From: Clostridiales bacterium
GTDB lineage: Bacteria; Acidobacteriota; Aminicenantia; Aminicenantales; UBA8522
DNA length: 64,000 nucleotides
Reading direction: 5' to 3'
Assembly (NCBI GenBank): GCA_029907205.1
Contig: JARYMI010000008.1
Coordinates: 20,031 to 84,030, forward strand
Part shown: positions 1-9,184 of the stretch, piece by piece
How positions within the stretch are numbered: position 1 is the stretch's first letter
Layout of the letters: the number at the start of each line of letters is the position of its first letter
Translations under genes and position numbers: made by a program
The notes under the pieces: model-generated
Told to the model about the DNA's origin: nothing
Databases searched by the model: none
The model's input: the letters and a program-made list of their open reading frames with translations, nothing else

Positions 1-2072
1 TCCAGGAAATCAACATCAAACGGGGCGCGCTGAGCGCCGAGTTCGGACGGGCAGCGGGCATGGTTACCAATGCCATCACAAAATCAGGCACAAACCAGAT
101 CTCGGGTTCTTTCCGGTTGATCTACGAGCCGTCAGAGTTCACCTGGAAGAACCGCGACCCAAAAATCGTGACGAAGTACGACGTGAGGACACCCTCAATT
201 AGCCTTGGGGGGCCGGTCATTCGTGACAAAGTGTGGTGGTATGTTTCCGGGAATTTCCCTTACACTCTCACCACCGGCCGGAAGAACAACTTAGGACCGG
301 TGCCTGACGCCAAATCCACGGGTTCCGAATTTTTTGTCAAGCTGAGTGCTAACCCGCACCCTTCTCATCAGTTCGTTTTTAGCTTCAGGAACAACGATTA
401 TAAGAGCAGGAACGCGGGCATAGGCGTCAACGACCATCCCTCGGTGGCTGTGAACGGAGAAGGCCTCGACCGGATTTATTATTTCTCGTACACTTGGATA
501 ATCACCCCAAACACCTACGTCGACATCAAGTACGACCGTGTCGACGAGAAATACAAGAGCATCCCGATCACCGACCTTGGCTACCTGCCGCCGTTTGACG
601 TCAATAACCTGGCCCGCATGGGATACTTCCGTACAGCCGCGGGCTACATCGTCGGGGGAGCGACAGCTTCCGGTCAGTTTGTTGGTGCCGCATCAGAATA
701 CAACACTCAGAACTTCTTCCGGGACGAGGTCAAAGTTGTCTTCAGCCAGTACCTTGATTTCCGCGGCCATTCCCATCTCATCAAGGCGGGGTTCGGGTAT
801 GACGACGGCGGTGAGTATCTCGAAAGATTGGCCAACGGCTGGGGAAGCATTATCAGGACGACATATGCCGGTCAGGCGACTTTCCGGGCGAGATACTACC
901 CCAAGCAGGACCCCCAGGATTCACGCGGAAGAACCTATGCCTTCTTCCTCCAAGATGCGGCGACCATTGGAGAACGGCTGACCATCCTGGCCGGGGTGCT
1001 CCTCAACCGAGACGAATTCTCCACCCAGACGTATAAGCGCGAGAGATTCCTCAAGTTCGACTTCGACCAGCAGATTCAGCCGAGGCTTGGCTTCACTTAT
1101 GTCCTGGATAAGAAAGCCCAGGACAAAATCTACGCCAATTTCGGTCGCTATTCCTGCATGGACAACAAGAGCATTGCGCGGGCGTGGGCGCCCCTACGGA
1201 TTTTCCGGCGGGATGCCTATTTTACCCTTACTGGGACACTGATTACCGATTTCCCCCAGCCTTCTGAAACAGGGAAAGTCATTCTTAAGGACCTTAAGCC
1301 TACCTATCAGGACGAGTTCGTTGTCGGCTACAGCCGTCCGTTGACGGCCAAGTGGTTTATCGATGTGTGGGGTCAATACAGGTACATGAAGAACATGCTG
1401 GAGGATTATCCGACAGTGAACAGAGCCACTTCACCTTCCAGTTTTGTCTGCGGAAACCTTGATGGCAGCGAGCGAGCTTTCGGAGCTTTGGCCAAAAGAG
1501 AATACCGGGCCTTCACGGTTCAAGTCCAGCATCCTTACGCAGACAAATGGTCACTCACGGCCACTTATACCTGGAGCCAGCTCAAAGGAAACTGGGACCT
1601 CGACTACGCCGCGTCTGCCCTCTTTTATGCTTCTTCTTACCTCGAAGATGGCCCGGGGCTTTATGTGTCGGACCCCAACCGCTACGGGCTCATGGCCGGC
1701 GACCGGACCCATGTCTTCAAGCTCTTCGGTACTCTGGAATTCTACGAGCGGGCCACAGTCGGCGCCTATCTCCGGGTTCAAAGCGGAAGGCCTTGGGAAG
1801 CGCGAGGCCTCGATTACTACGGGAACTATTACAGGTACCTTGAGAAAGCTGGGACAAGAAAGCTCGAAACCTGGGTTAACCTCGATGCTCAGGTTTCCTA
1901 CGTGATTCCAGTCGGCCGGTTCAGAGGCATTGTTGAAGCTAGGCTGATGAACGTGTTCAACGAGCAGACGGTGCTGGCCAGGGATATGCGGAAGGATCAG
2001 CCGACATTCTACGACCCGACGTCTTACGCTCCGCCTAGGAAATTTGTCGTGTCTTTCTACATCAATTTCTAA
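1..2072 (+). CDS. TonB-dependent outer-membrane receptor, C-terminal ~690 aa (5' end is off the window)
   Basis: The frame stays open back to nt 3 (QEINIKRGALSAEFGRAAGMVTNAITKSGTN, a typical TonB-receptor barrel start). Long Gly/Tyr/Asn-rich beta-strand ORF ending in the OMP-type terminus VVSFYINF. Confidence 0.8.
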   Translation, partial: QEINIKRGALSAEFGRAAGMVTNAITKSGTNQISGSFRLIYEPSEFTWKNRDPKIVTKYDVRTPSISLGGPVIRDKVWWYVSGNFPYTLTTGRKNNLGPVPDAKSTGSEFFVKLSANPHPSHQFVFSFRNNDYKSRNAGIGVNDHPSVAVNGEGLDRIYYFSYTWIITPNTYVDIKYDRVDEKYKSIPITDLGYLPPFDVNNLARMGYFRTAAGYIVGGATASGQFVGAASEYNTQNFFRDEVKVVFSQYLDFRGHSHLIKAGFGYDDGGEYLERLANGWGSIIRTTYAGQATFRARYYPKQDPQDSRGRTYAFFLQDAATIGERLTILAGVLLNRDEFSTQTYKRERFLKFDFDQQIQPRLGFTYVLDKKAQDKIYANFGRYSCMDNKSIARAWAPLRIFRRDAYFTLTGTLITDFPQPSETGKVILKDLKPTYQDEFVVGYSRPLTAKWFIDVWGQYRYMKNMLEDYPTVNRATSPSSFVCGNLDGSERAFGALAKREYRAFTVQVQHPYADKWSLTATYTWSQLKGNWDLDYAASALFYASSYLEDGPGLYVSDPNRYGLMAGDRTHVFKLFGTLEFYERATVGAYLRVQSGRPWEARGLDYYGNYYRYLEKAGTRKLETWVNLDAQVSYVIPVGRFRGIVEARLMNVFNEQTVLARDMRKDQPTFYDPTSYAPPRKFVVSFYINF

Positions 2073-2098
2073 GGCCGATCGCATTCACGCTTGGAAGG

Positions 2099-2136
2099 GA
2101 GGGCGGGGAGAGGAATGTGTTCCCCTTCCCGCCCTC
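2099..2136. terminator. GC-rich imperfect hairpin between convergent genes (possible bidirectional terminator)
   Basis: GAGGGCGGGGAGAGGA / TCCCCTTCCCGCCCTC arms around an AATGTGT loop, lying between the stop of the receptor gene (+) and the stop of gdh (-). There is no clean U-tract. Confidence 0.4.
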
Positions 2137-2174
2137 AGATCATATTTATAAGAAAGAGGGTTCAGGCCTAACGG

Positions 2175-3479
2175 CTAAGCGGCTCTTCCCAGGGCCGTCA
2201 ACGACTCCGCGACCCTTCCCACGGCCAGGATGTAAGCTGCCTCCCTCAAGGTGACGCCGTATTTATCCATCGTGGCTACGACGTCCCAGAAGGCCTTTTT
2301 AATCTTCTTTTTCGTCTTTTCGCGGACTTCCTCCTCTGTGAAAAAATACCTCTGAAGGTTCTGGACCCATTCAAGATAAGAGACGGTCACTCCGCCGGCG
2401 TTGGCCAGGATGTCCGGCGCGACGAGGACTTTTTTCTCCTTGAGGATCTCATCCGCCTCTAAGGTCGTCGGGCCGTTAGCTCCTTCCAAGATGATTCTCG
2501 CTTTGACCCTGTCCGCGTTGTCCCTGTTGATCTGGCCTTCCACGGCAGCGGGGATGAGGATGTCGCAGGGCAGGGAAATCAGGCTTTCGTTATCCATCGG
2601 CTCTGTCCCGGGGAAATTGACGACGCTTCCCGTTTGCCCAACCTGTTTTTCCAGCTCAAATGGATCGATGCCTTTCTCGTTATGAATGCCCCCGAAAATA
2701 TCCGTGACGGCGATGATTGTGCAGCCGGCTTGATGGACGAGCTTGGCGATCGAGGAGCCGACGTTGCCGAAACCGAGCACAGCAACCTTCTTTCCTTCCA
2801 GATGAATGTCAAGATACTTGGCCGCTTCTTCAAGGACGAAAAAAAGCCCTGTGCCCGTTGCCATGGCGCGCCCCAGAGAACCCCAGAGGTGGACGGGCTT
2901 GCCGGTGACGACCGCCGGTTCCACGTATCCCTGCCCCTGGCCGTACGCGTCGGCGATCCAGGCCATGGTCTGGGCGTTAGTAAACATATCCGGGGCGGGA
3001 ATGTCCTTAAAAGGCCCGATGATGTCCTTTATGGCCAGGGTGTATTCCTTGGTCAGCTTCTTCAGCTCGTTTTCCGACATCTTGAGCGGGTCGCAGATGA
3101 CCGCGCCTTTTCCACCCCCGAAGGGAAGGTCGAGGACAGCGCATTTCCAGGTCATCCAGGCGGCAAGGGCCTTGCATTCGCTGAGCGACGCATTCGGGCT
3201 GAACCGGATGCCTCCCTTGGCCGGGCCGCGGACAGTGGAATGCTGGACGCGAAAACCCGTGAAGCTTTCTGCTCGGCCGTTATCGAGCGTGATTGCCAAG
3301 TGGACGGTGAGCTCTCGCTCCGGGTACTTGAGCCTCTGGTAAATCCATGGATCCAGGTCTAAAAAAGTGGCTGCCCGTTCGAACTGCAGGGTGGCTTCAA
3401 GAAACGGGTCGTACTCTTTCTCGCGCAGCTCGGGCAGGGGGCTGATGTACCGGACTTTTGCTTCTTCTTTCTTGGCCAT
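2175..3479 (-). CDS. gdhA: Glutamate dehydrogenase (Glu/Leu/Phe/Val dehydrogenase family)
   Basis: 434 aa, full length. Catalytic Lys box LPFGGGKGAV and Rossmann motif GFGNVGS. GAGG lies upstream of the ATG. Confidence 0.93.
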   Translation of the reverse strand: MAKKEEAKVRYISPLPELREKEYDPFLEATLQFERAATFLDLDPWIYQRLKYPERELTVHLAITLDNGRAESFTGFRVQHSTVRGPAKGGIRFSPNASLSECKALAAWMTWKCAVLDLPFGGGKGAVICDPLKMSENELKKLTKEYTLAIKDIIGPFKDIPAPDMFTNAQTMAWIADAYGQGQGYVEPAVVTGKPVHLWGSLGRAMATGTGLFFVLEEAAKYLDIHLEGKKVAVLGFGNVGSSIAKLVHQAGCTIIAVTDIFGGIHNEKGIDPFELEKQVGQTGSVVNFPGTEPMDNESLISLPCDILIPAAVEGQINRDNADRVKARIILEGANGPTTLEADEILKEKKVLVAPDILANAGGVTVSYLEWVQNLQRYFFTEEEVREKTKKKIKKAFWDVVATMDKYGVTLREAAYILAVGRVAESLTALGRAA

Positions 3480-3493
3480 CGTCTTACCTCTTC

Positions 3494-3751
3494 TCAGCCG
3501 ATTTCTTTGACGAGAAGCTTCAGGAGCTTGTCGTATCCGGATTTCTGGAACTGGAGAAGGGGAACCTTTTTGCCGCGATAATGAAGGTACTTCCCTTCCA
3601 GGCGGACCTTCTTCTGGCCTGGCTTTTTGGCAATTATTTTTTGGATATCAGGGAAAGGGATGACCTCGGCCATCTGGCCGCCTTCGATTTCGAGGAGGGA
3701 ATCCTCCTCTTTCTTTTTGATGGCAGCGGATGATTTTTTATAAATGCTCAT
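3494..3751 (-). CDS. Small Lys-rich hypothetical protein (85 aa), first gene of the gdh transcription unit
   Basis: The ATG is preceded by AAGGAGG at 7-nt spacing. The ORF ends 14 nt before the gdh start on the same strand. I recognise no family. Confidence 0.6.
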   Translation of the reverse strand: MSIYKKSSAAIKKKEEDSLLEIEGGQMAEVIPFPDIQKIIAKKPGQKKVRLEGKYLHYRGKKVPLLQFQKSGYDKLLKLLVKEIG

Positions 3752-3783
3752 GTCAAACCTCCTTTATGAACACACCGAATGAA

Positions 3784-3800
3784 TTGCAAGCTATATGCCA
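3784..3800 (-). promoter_or_regulatory. Sigma-54 (-24/-12) promoter
   Basis: The minus strand reads TGGCATATAGCTTGCAA, against the consensus TGGCAC-N5-TTGCW, with correct GG-to-GC spacing. It lies 33-49 nt upstream of the small ORF start and directly downstream of a sigma-54 enhancer-binding regulator gene. Confidence 0.7.
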
Positions 3801-3952
3801 TTTTCTATCTTGTTGATAATAAAGAAATTAAAAATTTACAGACGATGAATTATAGCATTTTGCTCTATCGCATTTCGCAAAGTCTTTTGTTTTAGGGAAG
3901 GCCTCAGCCGTTTGGCTTGATTTTAAGGATCAGCGGATTGGCGAGAGGCGGG

Positions 3953-5326
3953 TCAGGGGATTTCCCAGGATTTAAGCTTTCTGAACAGAGACGTAGGATG
4001 GATGCCAAGAATTCTGGCCGCCTGCGATTTGTTCTGGCCGGTCGCGGCAAGGACTTTTTTTATGTACAGCTTCTCAAGCTCTTCCAGAGTGGGCATCGAT
4101 TCCCCGGGAGCGATTTTCTCGATGATTTTGTTTTCCGGTGAGGCCCGATAATCCCGGATCTCAGCCGGCAAATGGACGAACTGAACTTCTTCCTCCGCAC
4201 AAAGAGACATGATTCTTTCGATGATGTTCCTGAGCTCTCTCACATTTCCAGGCCAGGGATAAGAAAGCATGGCCTGAGCTGCTTCCTGAGTAATTCCTTT
4301 GTAAGCGCGCCGCAGTTCCTGGTTGAACTCCTGGATGAGCGAGAGGGCCAGGGGAAGGATGTCTTCTTTTCTTTCTCTGAGCGGCGGGATGACGATGGGC
4401 ACGACATTCAGCCTGTAGAAGAGGTCGGAGCGGAATTGACCTTTCTCTGTCGCTTTGGCCAGATCCTGGTTTGTGGCGGCGATCACGCGGATGTTGACTT
4501 TGATCTGCTGGGCCCCTCCCAGGCGGGTGAACGTCTCTTCTTCTAGGACACGAAGCAGCTTGGCCTGGAGGTTGAGAGACATATCGCCAATCTCATCGAA
4601 GAAAACCGTGCCACCATCCCCTCTCTCTAAGAGACCGGCTTTTCTTTTTCTGGCATCCGTGAAGGCTCCAGCCTCGTGACCGAAAAGCTCACTTTCCAAA
4701 AGACTCTCAGGGATTGCCGCGCAGTTGATCTCCACGAGCGGTTTTTCTGCCCGCGGGCTGTGGTAGTGAATGGCCTTGGCCAGGAGCTCTTTTCCTGTTC
4801 CGCTCTCTCCCTGAAGAACGACCGTCGTCTTATCTGAAGCAGCCACCCTCTTGGCTAATCGGACGACTTCCTTCATCCCTCTGCTCTCTGCGATGATTTT
4901 CCCGAAATAATAGCGGCCTTTTTCCGATTCCAGATGTTCCAGGACGCGGATGCGCAGGGAAAGAGTCTCGAGGGCCCGACGAATGGTGTTCTTGAGGTCG
5001 CTGACCTTAAACGGCTTCAGCAGATAATCGTAGGCGCCCAGCCTCATCGACTCGACAGCCTTCTCCAGAATTTCGTACGCGCTCATCATGATGACAATCG
5101 TCTCTCTCTCCAGCTCTTTGACTCGTTTGAGGACCTCGATTCCCGAGATACCCGGAAGCATAAGGTCCAGGAGAACCAGTTGCGGCTTATATTTTTCGAA
5201 CATCTCCAGGGCTGTTTCTCCTGAGTTCGTGACTAGGACTTCGTAGTCTTCTTTTTCTAAAACCTTTTTCAGGTTGTTCAGGGTGAGAATCTCATCATCG
5301 ACGATCAGGATAGAATGCAGGCTCAA
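3953..5326 (-). CDS. Sigma-54-dependent response regulator (NtrC/AtoC family: REC, AAA+, Fis-type HTH)
   Basis: REC domain (ILIVDDE...LLDLMLPG), Walker A GESGTGKE, sigma-54 contact loop GAFTDA, and C-terminal HTH QAARILGIHPTSLFRKLK. Confidence 0.9.
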   Translation of the reverse strand: MSLHSILIVDDEILTLNNLKKVLEKEDYEVLVTNSGETALEMFEKYKPQLVLLDLMLPGISGIEVLKRVKELERETIVIMMSAYEILEKAVESMRLGAYDYLLKPFKVSDLKNTIRRALETLSLRIRVLEHLESEKGRYYFGKIIAESRGMKEVVRLAKRVAASDKTTVVLQGESGTGKELLAKAIHYHSPRAEKPLVEINCAAIPESLLESELFGHEAGAFTDARKRKAGLLERGDGGTVFFDEIGDMSLNLQAKLLRVLEEETFTRLGGAQQIKVNIRVIAATNQDLAKATEKGQFRSDLFYRLNVVPIVIPPLRERKEDILPLALSLIQEFNQELRRAYKGITQEAAQAMLSYPWPGNVRELRNIIERIMSLCAEEEVQFVHLPAEIRDYRASPENKIIEKIAPGESMPTLEELEKLYIKKVLAATGQNKSQAARILGIHPTSLFRKLKSWEIP

Positions 5327-7488
5327 GCGATGACCTCCTCGTCTTTCATCAACGCTTTGCCCTTCTGCCGAATGGGCAGGGCGATGGAGAATGTCGTGCC
5401 CTTGTTGACCTCGCTCTGGACAAAGATATCTCCGGAATGGTTTTTGATATAACTCAGGCTGATGCTTAAGCCGAGCCCTGTTCCGTGGCTCTTTTTGGTC
5501 GTGAAAAAGGGGTCGAAGATTTTTTTCAGGTTTTCCGGCGGGATCCCAATTCCCGTGTCGATGATGTCAACCTGGATGAGCTCTTTGAACTTGACCTTGG
5601 ACGTTTCCACGCGGAGGTCGCCGCCTTTCGGCATGGACTGGGCCGCGTTGATGAACATGTTCGTCAAAACCTGGCGGATCTGATTCGGGTCGGCCGTGAC
5701 CTGAGGCAGGGAAGGGGGCAGGATTTTATCGATCTTGATGTTCCTGAAAATAGGCTGATGACTCAGGAAGGACAGGGTATCATCGATGAGCTCGTTGATG
5801 TTGATCTTGGTGAATTGGGGCGGAGTGGGCCGGGCGAAATTAAGGAGACCTCGGATCGTCTCTGAGATTCTGTAAACGTTCTCCAGGACAACCTCGATTT
5901 CCTGCTTATCTTTCTCTCCGCCTGCTCCCTCGCGGAGGATTTCGAGGTAAGAAGATATGCCCAGGAGGGGGTTATTGATCTCGTGGGCAGCGCCGAGGGC
6001 GAGCTGGCTCAGGGCTGAAAGCTTTTCGTATTCGGCGAGCTGTCCGTGGAGTTTCTCGCGCTCGGTGACGTTTTCGATGAGGATGCTCACGCCGAGGATC
6101 TTGCCATGGCCGTCCTCGACAGCAAAGAATGAGAGGTTGAAATACTCATCTCCTTTTCCCCGGTCGATCTTTCTTTTCTCGACCCGGTTGGGCTTGCCGC
6201 TGAAGATCGTGTTCTCAAAGGCCAATTCTATATCCTTGTCGTTCAGCCAGGGCAGAGCCTGAAAAATGTCCTGTCCTTTTTTCAAATCGGGCAGGTTGAA
6301 AAGCTGTCTGATTTCCTTGTTGAAATGGGTGATCTTTCCGGATGAATTGAGGCCGATAACTCCCAGAGAAATGCTGTCCAGGAGGTTCGTGATGTATTCT
6401 TCCGAAAGACGCAATTCCTCGGCAAGGAGTTCGCTTTTTTTTGCCCTCTTCTCCAGCTCGATGTTCATCACATCCACCTCTTTTTTCTTGGCTCGGGCTT
6501 CTTCGAGCGCCGAGCGGAGGTTCGTGGTCAATTTTTTGACTAGAGACGTTGTCCGACGGGCGTGGAGGTTGGAAATGACGATGAGTAGGAAAAAGAACGG
6601 AATGAAAAGCAAGAGCACGATCTTGTTCACTTCCCTGAGAGGGATCAGGGCCTCCTCGAGGTCCATCTCGGAGACGAGAGAAAAGTTAAACTGGCTCAGA
6701 AACTCATAGGCGCAGAGGACCTTCTGGCCGCGGTAATCTATATGAGTGGTAACGCCGCGTTCCCCTAGATGGGGATTGCCCTCCTTTTCCCAATAGCCCT
6801 TGTCCACAAGAAGTCTTCCGCCCAGCTTTGTCGGCGAGAGGAGCATCCCGCTTCTATCGACGAGGAAGAGCTCGCTCGTCTTGCCGATCCTGAGGTCAAA
6901 AAGAAGGCCGTAGAAGCTATCAAGGTCGAGAGAAGCAGCAAGGACTCCGATGACACGATTTTCCCTGTTGAGGAGGGGATGAGAAAGGACCATGACCGGT
7001 GACTGAATTATGTCCGAGTAAAAAACTCCAGAGTTAAAAAATTTTCCTTCCCTGGAGACCTGGAAATACTTTCTGCCAGCGATGTTGCCAGAGATCTCCC
7101 GGTTGATGGACAAGACAATATCGCCTTCAAGGTCAGCGACGAGGAGGAAATCATGCCATTTTTTTTCGCTGATCAGGGTTTTCAGAAACGGCGATAGACT
7201 ACGGACTTCCTCGATTTTATCGATATCGAGATGGGAGAACGAGCGGAGGTCCATCTCCCTGTCCTGGAGGAAAATGGCAATGGTTTTAATGTTCTCTGCG
7301 ACGGTGTCGGATAAGTGGGTGTAGATTTGTTTTTTAATAAGAGAAGAGACTTCGTGGTTGACGGCGAGGTAGAGAAGAAGAAACGGGATCACAAACAAGA
7401 GGATGGTGACGAGCGTGTTCCTTGACGTCAGCTTCTTGTAGTTGACTTCGTCTGGTAGCCCGAAGTCTTTCCTCGACGACGATCTCAT
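5323..7488 (-). CDS. Sensor histidine kinase with periplasmic Cache-like domain and PAS domain
   Basis: Two TM segments flank a ~250-aa extracytoplasmic domain, followed by a coiled coil and a PAS domain. H-box AAHEINNPL; G-boxes DTGIGI and GTGLGLS. It overlaps the regulator gene by 4 nt. Confidence 0.9.
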   Translation of the reverse strand: MRSSSRKDFGLPDEVNYKKLTSRNTLVTILLFVIPFLLLYLAVNHEVSSLIKKQIYTHLSDTVAENIKTIAIFLQDREMDLRSFSHLDIDKIEEVRSLSPFLKTLISEKKWHDFLLVADLEGDIVLSINREISGNIAGRKYFQVSREGKFFNSGVFYSDIIQSPVMVLSHPLLNRENRVIGVLAASLDLDSFYGLLFDLRIGKTSELFLVDRSGMLLSPTKLGGRLLVDKGYWEKEGNPHLGERGVTTHIDYRGQKVLCAYEFLSQFNFSLVSEMDLEEALIPLREVNKIVLLLFIPFFFLLIVISNLHARRTTSLVKKLTTNLRSALEEARAKKKEVDVMNIELEKRAKKSELLAEELRLSEEYITNLLDSISLGVIGLNSSGKITHFNKEIRQLFNLPDLKKGQDIFQALPWLNDKDIELAFENTIFSGKPNRVEKRKIDRGKGDEYFNLSFFAVEDGHGKILGVSILIENVTEREKLHGQLAEYEKLSALSQLALGAAHEINNPLLGISSYLEILREGAGGEKDKQEIEVVLENVYRISETIRGLLNFARPTPPQFTKININELIDDTLSFLSHQPIFRNIKIDKILPPSLPQVTADPNQIRQVLTNMFINAAQSMPKGGDLRVETSKVKFKELIQVDIIDTGIGIPPENLKKIFDPFFTTKKSHGTGLGLSISLSYIKNHSGDIFVQSEVNKGTTFSIALPIRQKGKALMKDEEVIA

Positions 7489-7570
7489 CGGGTGTATTGT
7501 ATCATAAGATTTTAAGAGGCGCGATAAAACAAGTTGCTCTCAGAGAGCGTTTTTTATACAATGACTCGAA

Positions 7571-8455
7571 ATGACGATGAAAGTCCGGGCTATCCTGGAG
7601 TCGATGCGTCCAGCCCAGTGGACGAAGAACTTCTTCGTTTTCGCGGCCATCATTTTTGCCAGGAAATTCTTCGAGGAGCCGCTTCTCGTCAGGGCCGGCG
7701 CAGCTTTTCTTATCTTCTGCCTTCAGAGCGGCGCCTTTTATATTTTCAACGACCTCTGTGACCGTGAGGAAGACAAGGCCCATCCCAAGAAATCCCGGCG
7801 GCCGATCGCCCGCGGCGACCTCACGCCCGCTGTGGCTCTGACGGCCTTCGTCTTCTTTTCTGTTGTTAGCCTGGTCGCAGCGTTCTTCCTTCATCGGTCT
7901 TTCTTCCTTGTCGTTTTCCTCTATTTTTTCCTTCAATTAGGTTACAGTCTGAAGCTCAAGCAGGTGGTCATCCTGGACATTTTTGTCATCGCCGCGGGTT
8001 TTGTCATCCGCGTCATCGCCGGCGGCCTGGTCATCGATGTGCCTATTTCCTCCTGGCTTCTCATTTGTGCCAGCTTGCTCGCCCTATTTCTTGCTATGAG
8101 CAAGAGGCGGCATGAGCTTGTTCTCCTCGAAGACAAAGCTTCGGAGCACCGGCCCATCCTTAAGGAATACAGCGCGTACTTGCTCGATCAGATGATCGCC
8201 GTGGTCACGGCCTCGACTCTCATCGCCTATTGTCTCTACACGATTTCAGAAGAAACCGTAGAAAAATTTGGCACCCGCAACCTCGTTTGGACATCGGGGT
8301 TTGTCCTTTACGGAATCTTCCGTTATCTCTATCTCGTCCATCAGAAGAAAAAGGGGGGTAGCCCTGAAGAGATCGTTCTCCAGGACAGGCCGCTCCTCGT
8401 CAACATCGCCCTTTGGATCGGCGCTGTCATTCTCATCCTTTACTTGAGGAAGTGA
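7571..8455 (+). CDS. UbiA-family prenyltransferase (decaprenyl-phosphate phosphoribosyltransferase-like)
   Basis: Polytopic membrane protein. Asp-rich motif NDLCDREEDKAHPKKSRRPIARG. N-terminus MRPAQWTKNFFVFA is typical of this UbiA subgroup. Confidence 0.8.
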   Translation: MTMKVRAILESMRPAQWTKNFFVFAAIIFARKFFEEPLLVRAGAAFLIFCLQSGAFYIFNDLCDREEDKAHPKKSRRPIARGDLTPAVALTAFVFFSVVSLVAAFFLHRSFFLVVFLYFFLQLGYSLKLKQVVILDIFVIAAGFVIRVIAGGLVIDVPISSWLLICASLLALFLAMSKRRHELVLLEDKASEHRPILKEYSAYLLDQMIAVVTASTLIAYCLYTISEETVEKFGTRNLVWTSGFVLYGIFRYLYLVHQKKKGGSPEEIVLQDRPLLVNIALWIGAVILILYLRK

Positions 8456-9171
8456 AGGCTCTTGGGCTCCTTCTCTAAGTGGAAGATGATGAGGCTCTGC
8501 AGAGTCCTCCCGATGGCTTCAAGTTGCTCGGGAGCAAAGGGAGCGATGCCTTTTCGCGGGGGAGGGTTTTTTTTGACCCAGTCGAGGAAGGAGATGACCT
8601 CGGAGGTTGTCCAGTCTTTTTGTTGGGGCGCGCAATTGGCGCAGTAAACACCGTCCATCCTCGGCGCGAGCCAGCCGCCTGCTTGGAGCCGCCGGCGGCA
8701 TTTTTTGCACCGCTTGAAATCAGGCAGGAGGCCGTTAATCTGCAAGAACCAGGCCTCGAAGTAGCGGCTCAACAGGTCCAGATCCCCCCCTTCTTTGACC
8801 GCCTCCAGCATGGACAGGAGGAGACGAAAAAGGATGTCCTCCCTGGCCCGCGAGGGAAAAAATTCTTCGATGAGCTCAGCAAAATAAGAAAGCGTGCAGG
8901 AAGTCCTGTAGTCACGAAGGGCCTCGAATGAGGAATCAAGCAGGTCGCAGCTGCTCAGGGTCAGAAGTTCCTGCCTCTCTTTTTCATGATAAAAAATTCT
9001 GACCAAGGACATGGGCTCAAGGCTGCTGCCGAAGCGGTTTCCGAACTTCCGCGCTCCTTTGGCAATGGCCCTGAGGAGGCCCTTTTCCCGCGAAAAAAGG
9101 ACGACGATTTTATCCTGGTCGCCGACGTTGAAGCTGCGCAGGACGATGGCTTCGGATTGGTCACGCGGCAT
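8440..9171 (-). CDS. recO: DNA repair protein RecO
   Basis: N-terminal OB-fold signature EAIVLRSFNVGDQDKIVVLFSREKGLLRAIAKGARK, and a C-terminal CKKC...CANC zinc motif. Confidence 0.85.
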   Translation of the reverse strand: MPRDQSEAIVLRSFNVGDQDKIVVLFSREKGLLRAIAKGARKFGNRFGSSLEPMSLVRIFYHEKERQELLTLSSCDLLDSSFEALRDYRTSCTLSYFAELIEEFFPSRAREDILFRLLLSMLEAVKEGGDLDLLSRYFEAWFLQINGLLPDFKRCKKCRRRLQAGGWLAPRMDGVYCANCAPQQKDWTTSEVISFLDWVKKNPPPRKGIAPFAPEQLEAIGRTLQSLIIFHLEKEPKSLHFLK

Positions 9172-9184
9172 GGCTGCCTTGGGG

